A stretch of 64,000 nucleotides of DNA from Clostridia bacterium (GCA_017620395.1 JAFZQJ010000032.1:21594-85593); one strand, 5' to 3'. Shown: positions 51,117 to 61,132, counted from the stretch's first letter. Program-made: numbers and translations. The notes: generated by a model not told the origin, from the sequence alone.

Positions 51117-51235
51117 ATGAATACTGAAGATTGAATAATAAATAATGAATAATTATTGAACAAAACCGCTTCCCGTGGGAAGCGGTTTTGAACGTTAATT
51201 ATTATTTTTTAAGTATTCAGTCTTCAGTATTCATT
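51116..51235. repeat. family D element: 120-bp AT-rich inverted repeat around a GC terminator hairpin
   Basis: AATGAATACTGAAGA (51116-51130) and its exact reverse complement (51221-35) flank imperfect AT-rich arms and the hairpin at 51162-51189. The right arm supplies the last codons (FLMNTED-stop) of the minus-strand gene. Confidence 0.8.
51162..51189. terminator. bidirectional intrinsic terminator between convergent genes
   Basis: AAAACCGCTTCCC-gt-GGGAAGCGGTTTT. Confidence 0.8.
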
Positions 51236-52080
51236 AAAAACCTTTTCAGGTTTTTAAGTCCCTCGGCGATGCCCTTTTCGGGCGGGTCGGAGCCCTCGTA
51301 TTCGACCGACCACCAGCCGTCGTAGCCGGCGGCGCGGAGCGTCTTCACGCTCTGCTCCGCCTTCGCCGCGCCGCGGCCGATATTGCAGCCGCGCAGCTTG
51401 TTGCCGCCGCGCGTCGTCAGCCAGTCCGCGCAGGAGTCCGCCTCCGACGCGGGTCTGAAAAGGAAATCCTTGCAGTGGACGTGGCGCGCGTAAGGCGCGA
51501 GAACGGCGACGCTGACGGGCGGATCTTCGTCGACGCACATGAAGTTGCCGATATCGACCAGCGCGCCGAAATTCGGGTGGCAGACCGCCTTGATGAGCGA
51601 TTCGACGCGGCGGGCGTCCTGCGAGAACTGCCCGTGATTCTCCGTCAGCGTCTTCACGCCGGCGGAGGCGGCGTATTCGGTCACGCGGCGTATGCCCTCC
51701 GCCATATACGGAACGGCCGCCTCGTAGGTCTGCGGGTACGGCTCGGGCAGCGGCCCGCGCGCGGCGTCGTGCCGCAGGAAGACGCATCCGAGCTCGGCGG
51801 CGACGTCCACGCGGCGCTTCAGTTCCTCGACCTGCGCTTCCGTTTCAGACGCGGACGGCGTCGCGAAATGCGCGCCGCAGCAGAGGTTCACCGGCGTTAT
51901 CCCCGCCGCCGCGCAGGCGGCGCGCAGCGCCTTCGCCTCCTTCAGCCCGACCTCGTCGTATTCCATAAACTCTATGCCATCAAAGCCCATTTCCGCCGCC
52001 TCGTTCACGACGGCGATAAGCCCCTCGAGCGTTTTTTCTCTCGTCCAGTAAAATCCGTAGCTGCTGACGCAAAACTTCAT
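51217..52080 (-). CDS. sugar-phosphate isomerase/epimerase (xylose-isomerase-like TIM barrel)
   Basis: Start at MKFCVSSYGF (ATG 52078-52080). GFDGIEF, LTENHG and WSVEYEG pattern. Confidence 0.6.
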   Translation of the reverse strand: MKFCVSSYGFYWTREKTLEGLIAVVNEAAEMGFDGIEFMEYDEVGLKEAKALRAACAAAGITPVNLCCGAHFATPSASETEAQVEELKRRVDVAAELGCVFLRHDAARGPLPEPYPQTYEAAVPYMAEGIRRVTEYAASAGVKTLTENHGQFSQDARRVESLIKAVCHPNFGALVDIGNFMCVDEDPPVSVAVLAPYARHVHCKDFLFRPASEADSCADWLTTRGGNKLRGCNIGRGAAKAEQSVKTLRAAGYDGWWSVEYEGSDPPEKGIAEGLKNLKRFLMNTED

Positions 52081-52121
52081 ACCATCACCCCACACCGCTA
52101 TTCTAATCCACGCCGTGCGAA

Positions 52122-52175
52122 AAATCAAGTCTTTTTGCCCGCCGACTTGATTTCCGGCGGCGCGAATGTTATAAT
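52122..52175 (+). promoter_or_regulatory. promoter of the second TetR gene with overlapping 10-bp inverted repeat
   Basis: TTGATT (52147-52152), 17-nt spacer, TATAAT (52170-52175). AAATCAAGTC (52122-52131) / GACTTGATTT (52144-52153). Confidence 0.65.
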
Positions 52176-52203
52176 CAAATCAAACTCCACGGAGGAAAAC
52201 GCT

Positions 52204-52761
52204 ATGCCGAACTTCACGAAGACCGCGATAAAATCCGCATTTATGGCTCTTCTTGATAAAAACCCGCTGAGCCGCATCACCGTCAGGATGATCGTTGACG
52301 AATGCGGGATCCACCGCAACTCCTTCTATTACCACTATGACGACATCCCCGCGCTGATCGAGGAGATCATCACCGAGGAGGCCGAGCGCATCATCTCCGC
52401 GCACCCGACCATCGACTCCGCCGAGGACGCGATAAGCGCCGCGATCGACTTCGGCAGCGAAAACCGCCGCGCGATACTGCACATCTATAACTCCGTCAGC
52501 CGCGACATCTTTGAGCGCTATCTCTGGAAGGTCTGCGACTATATCGTGGAGGCGTATTCAAAGCGCGTTCCGCCGACGGCGCCGATAAGCGAAGGCGACC
52601 GCGGAGTGATCGCCGGCTTCTATAAGTGCGCATTTTTCGGCATCGTGGCGGATTGGCTCGCCGGCGGGATGAAGACCGACGTGCGCGCCTGGGCGGCGCG
52701 CCTGTGCGCTCTGCATCGCGGCGTGCCGGAGGAGATGCTCCGCCGCGCCGCGAAGAGCTGA
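52204..52761 (+). CDS. TetR-family regulator (DhaS-like, TetR C-terminal domain type)
   Basis: ITVRMIVDECGIHRNSFYYHYDDIPALI HTH region. ATG 52204 after GGAGG. Consensus promoter upstream. Confidence 0.75.
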   Translation: MPNFTKTAIKSAFMALLDKNPLSRITVRMIVDECGIHRNSFYYHYDDIPALIEEIITEEAERIISAHPTIDSAEDAISAAIDFGSENRRAILHIYNSVSRDIFERYLWKVCDYIVEAYSKRVPPTAPISEGDRGVIAGFYKCAFFGIVADWLAGGMKTDVRAWAARLCALHRGVPEEMLRRAAKS

Positions 52762-52799
52762 CGCGCCTTAAAGCTCCGCAAGCCATTGACGCCATACCC

Positions 52800-52829
52800 A
52801 AAACGCCGTCCGCGCGACGGCGTTTTTTT
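52800..52829 (+). terminator. intrinsic terminator after the second TetR gene
   Basis: AAACGCCGTC-cgcgc-GACGGCGTTT followed by TTTT. Confidence 0.8.
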
Positions 52830-52854
52830 CGTCCGATTTGAGTTGGATATTTTC

Positions 52855-52878
52855 GTGCATATGCACAAAAAATGTGCA
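52855..52878. promoter_or_regulatory. overlapping palindromes upstream of the MMPL gene (candidate TetR operator)
   Basis: GTGCATATGCAC (52855-52866) overlapping TGCACA-aaaaa-TGTGCA (52862-52878). Confidence 0.5.
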
Positions 52879-52962
52879 CGTGTATATCTTTGTCCGTGTT
52901 GCGGCGGAGCTCTGCAATATATAATTATCGTATAAAAACGAGAAATGATCGGGAGTGATATT

Positions 52963-55071
52963 ATGAGATTCGCAAGGGCGGTGGTGAAATACCGCGTGCC
53001 TATACTCATCGTCACGCTGGTGCTGATGATACCCGCCGTACTCGGCTTCGTCGGCACGCGCGTCAACTACGATATGCTCGACTACCTGCCGTCCGATATG
53101 GACACCGTCGTCGGTCAGAACGAGCTGATGAACGACTTCGGCAAGGGCGCGTTCTCCTTCATAATCGCGGAGGATATGCCCGCGAAGGACGTTTCCGCGC
53201 TGAAGGCGAAGATCGAGCAGGTGGAGCATGTCGAAACGGTGCTCTGGTACGACTCGATCGCGGACGTCTCCGTGCCGATGGAGGTGCTGCCCGACGAGCT
53301 TTACGAGGCGTTCAACAGCGATAACGCCACGGTGATGGCGGTCTTCTTCGACAGCGCGACCTCCGCCGACGTAACGATGGACGCGATACGCGAGATACGC
53401 TCGATCGCGGGCAGGCAGTGTTTCATCTCCGGAATGTCCGCGCTCGTGACCGACCTGAAGGACCTCTGCGAACGCGAGGAGCCGATATACGTCGCGATAG
53501 CGGTCGCGCTCGCGCTCGCCGCGATGACGCTCTTCCTCGACAGCTGGCTGATACCGCTGGTGTTCCTGCTCTCCATCGGGCTGATGGTGATGCTGAACCT
53601 CGGCACCAACTACTTCTTGGGCGAGATATCGTACATAACCAAGGCGCTTTCGGCGGTGCTGCAGCTCGCCGTCACGATGGACTACTCCATCTTCCTCTGG
53701 CACAGCTACAACGAGCAGCGCGAGCTCTGCCCCGACGACCCGAAGGAAGCGATGGCGCGCGCGATCAAGTCCACGCTGACGAGCGTCGTCGGCAGCTCGG
53801 TCACGACGGTGGCGGGCTTCATCGCGCTCTGCTTTATGTCCTTCACGATGGGGCGCGACCTCGGAATAGTTATGGCGAAGGGCGTTCTGCTCGGCGTCGT
53901 CGGCTGCGTGACGGTGCTTCCCGCGCTGATTCTCGTGCTCGACAAGCCCCTGCAGAAGACGAAGCACCGCTCGCTCATACCGAAAACGCGCGGCTTCGCG
54001 AAGCTCCTCGTCAAGTTCTTCCCCGTCCTGCTGGTCGTCTTCTTCGCGCTGATCCCGCCGGCGTACTACGGCTACGCGAAGACGAACTCGGAGGTCTATT
54101 ACGATCTCGGCGAGGTGCTGCCGCGGGATATGGAGAGCATCGTAGCCAACACCAAGCTGCGCGAGGAGTTCGATATGGCGTCCACGCACATGCTGCTGGT
54201 GGAGACCTCCGTGCCGCAGAAGGACGTCCGCGCGATGACGCGCGAGATGCGGCAGGTGGACGGCGTGAAGCACGTGCTCGGGCTGACTTCGCTGCTCGGC
54301 TCCCGCGTGCCGGTGGAGGCGCTGCCCGACTCCGTCACCTCCCTGCTTCGCAGCGACAAGTGGGAGCTGATGCTCGTCAGCTCAGAATACCGCGTCGCGA
54401 GCGACGACGTCAACGCGCAGGTCGCGGAGCTCAACACGATACTCAAGAAATACGACGCGGGCGGCCTGCTCATCGGCGAAGCGCCCTGTATGAAGGATAT
54501 GATCGACACCACCGACCGCGACTTCCGCGTCGTCAACATAGTTTCGATACTCGCGATCTTCGTGATAATCGCGCTGGTCGAGAAGAGCGTTTCGCTGCCG
54601 TTCATACTCATAGCGGTCATCGAGCTCGCGATCTTCATAAACCTCGGACTGCCGCACTACCTCGGGCAAAACCTGCCCTTCATCGCCCCGATATGCATAA
54701 GCACGATACAGCTCGGCGCGACGGTCGACTACGCGATACTGATGACGACGCGCTACAAGACCGAACGCCTCGGCGGCAAGGACAAACGCTGGTCCGTATA
54801 CACCGCGCTCGTGAATTCGATACCGTCGATAGTCGTTTCCGGTATGGGGCTTTTCGCCGCGACCTTCGGCGTCGCCCTCTATTCCGATATAGATATGATA
54901 AGCTCGATGTGTATGCTGATGGCGAGAGGCGCCGTGATAAGTATGGTAATGGTCATCCTCGCGCTACCCGCGCTGCTGATGCTCTGCGACAGAGTCGTAT
55001 GCGCGACCACCGCTGGAATGACGCATTTGAGAAAAACGGGCGCCGCCCGTTCCGATACGGAGGGAAAATGA
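52963..55071 (+). CDS. MMPL/RND-superfamily membrane transporter
   Basis: Two blocks of 5-6 TM helices separated by soluble loops. MMPL-like motifs (AVLQLAVTMDYSIFL, QLGATVDYAILM). Start chosen at ATG 52963, 7-8 nt after GGGAG. Confidence 0.75.
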   Translation: MRFARAVVKYRVPILIVTLVLMIPAVLGFVGTRVNYDMLDYLPSDMDTVVGQNELMNDFGKGAFSFIIAEDMPAKDVSALKAKIEQVEHVETVLWYDSIADVSVPMEVLPDELYEAFNSDNATVMAVFFDSATSADVTMDAIREIRSIAGRQCFISGMSALVTDLKDLCEREEPIYVAIAVALALAAMTLFLDSWLIPLVFLLSIGLMVMLNLGTNYFLGEISYITKALSAVLQLAVTMDYSIFLWHSYNEQRELCPDDPKEAMARAIKSTLTSVVGSSVTTVAGFIALCFMSFTMGRDLGIVMAKGVLLGVVGCVTVLPALILVLDKPLQKTKHRSLIPKTRGFAKLLVKFFPVLLVVFFALIPPAYYGYAKTNSEVYYDLGEVLPRDMESIVANTKLREEFDMASTHMLLVETSVPQKDVRAMTREMRQVDGVKHVLGLTSLLGSRVPVEALPDSVTSLLRSDKWELMLVSSEYRVASDDVNAQVAELNTILKKYDAGGLLIGEAPCMKDMIDTTDRDFRVVNIVSILAIFVIIALVEKSVSLPFILIAVIELAIFINLGLPHYLGQNLPFIAPICISTIQLGATVDYAILMTTRYKTERLGGKDKRWSVYTALVNSIPSIVVSGMGLFAATFGVALYSDIDMISSMCMLMARGAVISMVMVILALPALLMLCDRVVCATTAGMTHLRKTGAARSDTEGK

Positions 55072-55072
55072 T

Positions 55073-57208
55073 ATGAGAAAGAACGTTATGAAGATACTCG
55101 CGGTATGCCTTTGCGCCGCGATGCTCGCCGCGGGCTGCGGCGGCGTCAACTCCGCCGCCGTGCCGGAAGCCGACGCGACCGCCGTTTCCGGCGTTGAAGC
55201 CGCGGTGAACGAAACCGCGGCCGGCGCTTCCGCGGACGCGGGATACAAGGACGAAACGGTCTACGTGCTCGCCGATGCCGAGGGCGCGATCAGCAAGATA
55301 ATCGTCAGCGACTGGATAAAGAATCCGTCCGGCGCCGCCTCGATAACCGACTACACCGAGCTGACCGACGTCGAGAACGTCAAGGGCGACGAGACCTACA
55401 CGCTCGGCGGCGACGGAACGCGCGTCTGGAAGGCGGACGGGAACGACGTCTGCTATCAGGGGCGCGCCGACAAGGAGCTGCCCGTCTCCGTCAGCGTAAG
55501 CTACACCCTCGACGGAAAGAGCGTCGCTCCGTCTATGCTCGCCGGCAAAAGCGGAAAGGTAACGATACGTTTCGACTTCACGAACAGGCAGTATGAGACC
55601 GTGAAGGTCGGCGGCGAAAGCGTCCGCGTATACGTTCCCTTCGCGATGCTGACCGGAATGATACTCGACAACGCCGCCTTCACCGACGTGCAGGTCACGA
55701 ATGGCAAGATCATCAACGACGGCGAACGCACCTTCGTCATAGGGCTCGCCTTCCCCGGACTCGCCGAATCGCTCGGCGTTTCCGGCGACACGATCGAGAT
55801 CCCCGACTATATCGAGATCTCCGCGCAGACGAACTGCTTCGCCACCGACACCTGCGTCACGCTCGCGACGAACGGGCTTTTCAACGATATCGACGCCGGC
55901 AAGTTGGACGCCTCCTCGCTGACCGACTCCGTCGACAAACTCGGCGGCGCGATGGGACAGCTTCTCGACGGCTCCTCCAAGCTCTACGACGGACTCGCTG
56001 CGCTGCTGAACAAGTCCGGCGAGCTGGTCGCCGGCATCGACGCGCTCGCGCAGGGCGCCTCCGCGCTGAAGGACGGCTCCGCGCAGCTCAACGGCGGCGC
56101 GGCGCAGCTCCAATCGGGCGCGGCGCAGCTCTGCGAAGGGCTGAAGACGATCGCCTCCAACAACGACGCGATCAACGGCGGCGCGAAGCAGGTCTTCGAG
56201 ACGCTGCTCGCCACCGCGCAGACGCAGCTTTCCGCCGCGGGGCTCGAAGTTCCGCAGCTCACGGTCGAAAACTACGCCGACCTGCTTTCCGCCGTCATCG
56301 CCTCCCTCGACGAGGACGCGGTATATCAGAAGGCGCTTCAGGCGGTGACCGCCGCTGTCGAAGCTGAACGCGGCTACGTGACCGAGCAGGTCACCGCCGC
56401 CGTGCGCGCGCAGGTCGAAGCCGAAGTCACCGCCGCCGTGCGCGAAAACGTCGCGGCGCAGGTCGTCCCCGCGGCGACCGGTATGAGCAAGGTGGACTAT
56501 GACGCCGCCGTCGCCGCCGGATACGTCGACGAGGCGACGCAGGCCGCCGTCAGCGGCGCGATAGACGCGCAGATGGCGTCCGACGCGGTCGCGGCGACCG
56601 TCGCGCAGAACGTCGAGGTGCAGATGGCGACCGATAAGGTGCAGGGCGCGATCGCGCAGAACGTAGAGGCGCAGATACAGAAGGCGATCTCCGACAATAT
56701 GGCGGGCGAAGAGGTGCAGGCGCAGCTCGCCGCCGCCTCCGAGGGCGCAAGGCGGATCATCTCGCTGAAGACCTCGCTCGACAGCTATAACGCCTTCTAC
56801 CTCGGACTGCTCGCCTACACCGGCGCGGTCTCCGACGCCGCCTCCGGCGCCGCTTCGCTGAAGTCGGGCGCCGACGGGCTGAAGGACGGCTCCGGCAAGC
56901 TCGCGGAGGGCGCTTCGCAGCTCAACGACGGACTCGCCGCGCTGAAGAACGGACTGCCCGCGCTGACCGAAGGCGTCACGCAGCTCCGCGACGGCGCGAT
57001 GCGGCTTTCCGGCGGACTCAGGCAATTCTCCGAGGAAGGCATAGGCAGGATCGCGCAGCTCCTCGGCGGCAAGCTCGGCGGCGTGCTTGAACGCCTCAAG
57101 GCGGTCATCCGCGTTTCCGAGGATTACCGCAGCTTCGGCGGCATCGCCGACGGCGCCGACGGAAGCGTCAAGTTCATCTACCGTCTCGACGGCGTGAGCG
57201 CGAAGTAA
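55073..57208 (+). CDS. lipoprotein with X-X-X-Leu-X-X-Gly heptad-repeat (YhgE/Pip-associated type) region
   Basis: Lipobox LAAGC. A long run of LxDGxxxL-type heptads (LLDGSSKLYDGLAALL, LKDGSAQLNGGAAQL). 1-nt gap after the MMPL gene. Confidence 0.7.
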   Translation: MRKNVMKILAVCLCAAMLAAGCGGVNSAAVPEADATAVSGVEAAVNETAAGASADAGYKDETVYVLADAEGAISKIIVSDWIKNPSGAASITDYTELTDVENVKGDETYTLGGDGTRVWKADGNDVCYQGRADKELPVSVSVSYTLDGKSVAPSMLAGKSGKVTIRFDFTNRQYETVKVGGESVRVYVPFAMLTGMILDNAAFTDVQVTNGKIINDGERTFVIGLAFPGLAESLGVSGDTIEIPDYIEISAQTNCFATDTCVTLATNGLFNDIDAGKLDASSLTDSVDKLGGAMGQLLDGSSKLYDGLAALLNKSGELVAGIDALAQGASALKDGSAQLNGGAAQLQSGAAQLCEGLKTIASNNDAINGGAKQVFETLLATAQTQLSAAGLEVPQLTVENYADLLSAVIASLDEDAVYQKALQAVTAAVEAERGYVTEQVTAAVRAQVEAEVTAAVRENVAAQVVPAATGMSKVDYDAAVAAGYVDEATQAAVSGAIDAQMASDAVAATVAQNVEVQMATDKVQGAIAQNVEAQIQKAISDNMAGEEVQAQLAAASEGARRIISLKTSLDSYNAFYLGLLAYTGAVSDAASGAASLKSGADGLKDGSGKLAEGASQLNDGLAALKNGLPALTEGVTQLRDGAMRLSGGLRQFSEEGIGRIAQLLGGKLGGVLERLKAVIRVSEDYRSFGGIADGADGSVKFIYRLDGVSAK

Positions 57209-57231
57209 CGCCCGCAAAAAAGCGTAAAGAA

Positions 57232-57265
57232 ACACCCCCGTCCCGCAGGATCGGGGGTGTTTTTG
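57232..57265. terminator. bidirectional intrinsic terminator (lipoprotein gene / cysK)
   Basis: AAACACCCCCG-tcccgcaggat-CGGGGGTGTTTTT. Confidence 0.8.
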
Positions 57266-57296
57266 CGTTCGCTTGTATTCCGCGCGGATACGCGCA

Positions 57297-58229
57297 TTAT
57301 TCCGTAAACAGCGGGGTGGAGTAGTATCTGTCGCCGCTGTCGGGGAGGAGCGCGACTATCGTCTTGCCCTTGTTCTCCGGCCGCTTGGCGATCGTCAGCG
57401 CCGCGTGCAGCGCCGCGCCGGAGGAGATGCCTACGGAGACGCCCTCCTTTTTCGCCAGCAGCTTCGCGGCGGCGAAGGCGTCCTCGTTCGTCGCGCGGAA
57501 GACCTCGTCGTAGACGGAGGTGTTCAGCACGTCCGGCACGAAGCCCGCGCCGATGCCCTGAATCTTATGCGGGCCGGCGACGCCCTCCGAAAGCACCGGA
57601 GAGGAATCCGGCTCGACGGCGACGACCTTGACGGCGGGGTTCTGCTCCTTGAGGTATTCGCCGGTGCCGGTAACGGTGCCGCCGGTGCCGACGCCCGCGA
57701 CGAAGATATCGACTTTGCCGTCGGTGTCGCGCCAGATCTCGGGGCCGGTGGTCGCCTTATGGATAGCGGGGTTGGCGGGGTTGACGAACTGCCCGGGGAT
57801 GAAGCTGTCCGGGATCTCCGCGGCGAGCTCCTCCGCCTTCGCGATCGCGCCCTTCATGCCCTTCGCGCCGTCGGTCAGCACCAGCTCCGCGCCGTACGCT
57901 TTGAGTATGTTGCGGCGCTCGACGCTCATCGTTTCCGGCATAGTCAGAATGATGCGGTAGCCCTTCACGGCGGCGATGGAGGCAAGGCCGATGCCGGTGT
58001 TTCCGCTCGTCGGCTCGATGATGACGGAGCCGGGTTTGAGCAGTCCCTTCTTCTCGGCGTCCTCGATCATCGCCTTCGCGATCCTGTCCTTGACGCTTCC
58101 CGCGGGATTGAAGTATTCGAGCTTCACGAGCACCGTCGCCTCCAGCGACAGCTCTTTTTCTATATTCACTGTTTCGACCAGCGGCGTGTTGCCGATGAGT
58201 TCTATCGCGCCTTTGTAGATATTAGCCAT
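57297..58229 (-). CDS. cysK: cysteine synthase A (O-acetylserine sulfhydrylase)
   Basis: [12 protein letters not shown]-lysine motif and [10 protein letters not shown]. Confidence 0.9.
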   Translation of the reverse strand: MANIYKGAIELIGNTPLVETVNIEKELSLEATVLVKLEYFNPAGSVKDRIAKAMIEDAEKKGLLKPGSVIIEPTSGNTGIGLASIAAVKGYRIILTMPETMSVERRNILKAYGAELVLTDGAKGMKGAIAKAEELAAEIPDSFIPGQFVNPANPAIHKATTGPEIWRDTDGKVDIFVAGVGTGGTVTGTGEYLKEQNPAVKVVAVEPDSSPVLSEGVAGPHKIQGIGAGFVPDVLNTSVYDEVFRATNEDAFAAAKLLAKKEGVSVGISSGAALHAALTIAKRPENKGKTIVALLPDSGDRYYSTPLFTE

Positions 58230-58241
58230 TGTTATCCTCCT

Positions 58242-59519
58242 TTACTGAATCGCGGCGAAGCCGTTCTCAAGGTCGGCGATGATATCGTCGACGTGTTCCG
58301 TGCCTATGGAAAGGCGTATCGTGCCTTCGCGTATGTCCTGCTCCTCAAGCTCCCGCGGCGAAAGCTGCGAATGCGTCGTCGTCGCCGGGTGGATGACGAG
58401 GGATTTGACGTCCGCGACGTTCGCCAGCAGCGAGAAGACTTTGAGCGCGTCTATGAAGCGCCACGCTTCCTCCCTGCCGCCCTTGATATCGAAGGTGAAG
58501 ATCGAGCCGCCTCCGTTGGGGAAGTATTTCTCATAGAGCGCGTGCTGCGGATGATCGGGCAGCGAGGGGTGGTTGACGCGCTCGACAAGCGGATGCTTCG
58601 CGAGGTATTCGACGACCTTCTTTGTGTTCTCCGCGTGGCGCTCCAGGCGGAGCGACAGCGTTTCTATCCCCTGCAGCAGCAGGAACGCGTTGAACGGCGA
58701 GATCGCCGCGCCGGTGTCGCGCAGCAGTATCGCGCGGACGTAGGTGACGAACGCCGCCGGGCCGGCCGCCTCCGTGAAGGCGACTCCGTGGTAGCTCGGG
58801 TTCGGCGCGGCTATGTTCGGGTACTTCTCCGGAGTCCACGCGAACCTGCCGGAGTCGACGATTATGCCGCCGAGCGTGGTGCCGTGGCCGCCGAGGAACT
58901 TCGTCGCCGAGTGGACGACGATATCCGCGCCGTGCTCTATCGGGCGGAAGAGGTAGGGCGTGCCGAAGGTGTTATCCACAACGAGCGGAACGCCGGCTCC
59001 GTGCGCAATCTGCGCGAGCGCGTCGATATCCGGTATGTCGCTGTTCGGGTTGCCGAGCGTTTCGGCGTAGACCGCCTTCGTATTCGGGCGTATCGCCGCC
59101 CTGACTTCGTCAAGATCGTGTATGTCGACGAAGGTCGTTTCGATCCCGTACTGCGTGAGCGTGTGCGCCAGCAGGTTGTAGCTGCCGCCGTAGATCGTCT
59201 TCTGCGCGACGATATGCTCGCCCTGCCGCGCGAGCGCCTCTATCGTATAAGTGATCGCCGCCGCGCCGGACGCGACCGCGAGCGCCGCGACGCCGCCCTC
59301 CAGCGCCGCGACGCGCTTCTCGAGCACGTCCTGCGTGGAGTTGGTCAGGCGTCCGTAGATGTTGCCGGCGTCGCGCAGGCCGAAGCGGTCCGCCGCGTGC
59401 TCCGAATTATGAAAAACGTAGCTCGTCGTCTGGTATATCGGCACCGCGCGCGAATCGGTCGCGGGGTCCGCCTGCTCCTGCCCGACGTGGAGCTGAAGCG
59501 TCTCGAATTTATATGCCAT
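58242..59519 (-). CDS. metY: O-acetylhomoserine aminocarboxypropyltransferase/sulfhydrylase
   Basis: FETLQLHVGQE, PIYQTTSYVF and HSATKFLGGHG (PLP lysine) motifs. Confidence 0.85.
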   Translation of the reverse strand: MAYKFETLQLHVGQEQADPATDSRAVPIYQTTSYVFHNSEHAADRFGLRDAGNIYGRLTNSTQDVLEKRVAALEGGVAALAVASGAAAITYTIEALARQGEHIVAQKTIYGGSYNLLAHTLTQYGIETTFVDIHDLDEVRAAIRPNTKAVYAETLGNPNSDIPDIDALAQIAHGAGVPLVVDNTFGTPYLFRPIEHGADIVVHSATKFLGGHGTTLGGIIVDSGRFAWTPEKYPNIAAPNPSYHGVAFTEAAGPAAFVTYVRAILLRDTGAAISPFNAFLLLQGIETLSLRLERHAENTKKVVEYLAKHPLVERVNHPSLPDHPQHALYEKYFPNGGGSIFTFDIKGGREEAWRFIDALKVFSLLANVADVKSLVIHPATTTHSQLSPRELEEQDIREGTIRLSIGTEHVDDIIADLENGFAAIQ

Positions 59520-59524
59520 GGATG

Positions 59525-59914
59525 TCAGTCCTTTCTTTTTTCTGGATGTTTGCCGTAATAGTCCTCAATGGCGTTCAGTATCGCTTCCTCGGCGAGCACC
59601 GAACAGTGCATCTTGTACGCCGGAAGCCCGTCGAGCGCCTCCGCGACGGCTTTGTTGGTCAGCGCCTTCGCCTCCGAAAGCGGCCTGCCCTTGATGAGCT
59701 CGGTCGCCATCGAACTGGAGGCGACGGCGCTCGCACACCCGAAGGTCTCGAACTTCACGTCGCTGATTGTATCGCCGTCTATTTTCAGATAGATCCGCAT
59801 TATGTCGCCGCATTTCGCGTTGCCGACCTCTCCGACGCCGTCCGCGTTCTCGATAACGCCGACGTTGCGCGGGTTGCGGAAGTGATCCATCACCTTTTCG
59901 CTGTAAAGCGCCAT
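59525..59914 (-). CDS. nifU: Fe-S cluster assembly scaffold (NifU/IscU type)
   Basis: GNAKCGD, FGCASAVASS and YKMHCSVLA with the three conserved Cys. Confidence 0.9.
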   Translation of the reverse strand: MALYSEKVMDHFRNPRNVGVIENADGVGEVGNAKCGDIMRIYLKIDGDTISDVKFETFGCASAVASSSMATELIKGRPLSEAKALTNKAVAEALDGLPAYKMHCSVLAEEAILNAIEDYYGKHPEKRKD

Positions 59915-59944
59915 TTTATCACCTTCTCAAAGCTGAGTTTTGTA

Positions 59945-61132
59945 TCACAGAATAAACTCCGATTTGCCTGAAACGAGGTCGCGCCAGACGGGAGAAAAAC
60001 CGCGCAGGCGTTCGACGACCTCCTTCACCGACGAGATCATATATTCGACCTCGGCCTCCGTCGCGTCCTCGCCGAGCGTCAGCCGCAGCGAGCCGTGAGC
60101 GACGTCGTGAACTCTGCCGATGGCGAGCAGGACGTGGCTCGGATCGAGCGAGCCGGAGGTGCACGCCGAGCCGGAGGAGGCGCATATGCCCGCGTCGTCC
60201 AGCATCAGCAGCAGCGATTCGCCCTCTATGCCCTCGAAACAGAAGTTGACGTTCGAAGGCAGGCGCCGCTTCGCGTCGCCGTTCAGCGCCGAGTGAGGTA
60301 TCTCCGCGAGCCCCGCTATGAGCCGGTCGCGCAGCGCCGTAAGCCTCGCGGCGTTCGCCGCCATGCCGCCGACGGATTCCTTAAGCGCCGCTGCCATAGC
60401 CGCGATACCCGCAACGTTTTCCGTTCCTGCGCGGCGGCCGCCCTCCTGCGCTCCGCCTTCTATCAACGCCGCCGGCTTCACGCCGCGGCGGACGTAAAGG
60501 AAGCCGACGCCCTTCGGCCCGTGAAACTTATGCGCCGAGGCGGAAAGCATATCGACTTTGTCGGCGTTCACGTCGACCGGTATGTGCCCGACCGCCTGCA
60601 CCGCGTCGGTGTGGAAAAGCGTTCCGCGGCGGCGGCAGATCTCTCCTATTTCGCTTATCGGCTGGATGGTGCCGATCTCGTTGTTCGCGTACATAACGGT
60701 GACAAGGCAGGTGTCGTCCCTTATCGCCGCCTCGACCTCTGAGGCGCGTACGATCCCGTCCGCGCGAACGGGCAGGTAGGTCACCTCGAAGCCGTCCTTC
60801 TCGAGCTTCGCGAGGGTGTGGAGCACCGCGTGGTGCTCGACGGCGTCGGAAACTATGTGCCGCCTGCCCGCCTTTCTGCCGAGTTCGGCGGCGGTAAGCA
60901 ACGCCTGGTTATCCGATTCCGAGCCGCCGGAGGTGAAGATTATCTCCCGCGGCTCCGCCCCGATACATCGGGCGACCTCCGCGCGCGCGGCTTCGAGCGC
61001 TTCCTTCGCGCGCTGTCCCGCCCCGTAAAGGCTGGACGGGTTATACCAGCAATCGTCTATATACGGCGCCATCGCCGCTTTCGCGGCCGCGCTCATTTTC
61101 GTCGTCGCGGCGTTATCCGCGTATATGAACAT
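59945..61132 (-). CDS. nifS: cysteine desulfurase
   Basis: SAHKFHGPKG (PLP lysine), SSGSACTSG active-site loop and YADNAATT N-terminus. Confidence 0.9.
   Translation of the reverse strand: MFIYADNAATTKMSAAAKAAMAPYIDDCWYNPSSLYGAGQRAKEALEAARAEVARCIGAEPREIIFTSGGSESDNQALLTAAELGRKAGRRHIVSDAVEHHAVLHTLAKLEKDGFEVTYLPVRADGIVRASEVEAAIRDDTCLVTVMYANNEIGTIQPISEIGEICRRRGTLFHTDAVQAVGHIPVDVNADKVDMLSASAHKFHGPKGVGFLYVRRGVKPAALIEGGAQEGGRRAGTENVAGIAAMAAALKESVGGMAANAARLTALRDRLIAGLAEIPHSALNGDAKRRLPSNVNFCFEGIEGESLLLMLDDAGICASSGSACTSGSLDPSHVLLAIGRVHDVAHGSLRLTLGEDATEAEVEYMISSVKEVVERLRGFSPVWRDLVSGKSEFIL

Noticed and set aside
46539-59558. Several long antisense ORFs: 46539-48080 (-), 52768-54273 (-), 53418-55076 (+, alternate frame), 54953-57235 (-), 57273-59558 (+).
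   Set aside because: All overlap well-supported genes (GPH transporter, MMPL, lipoprotein, cysK/metY). They have extreme Arg/Gly/Asp/His composition and lack RBS or recognisable domains, so they are high-GC shadow ORFs.
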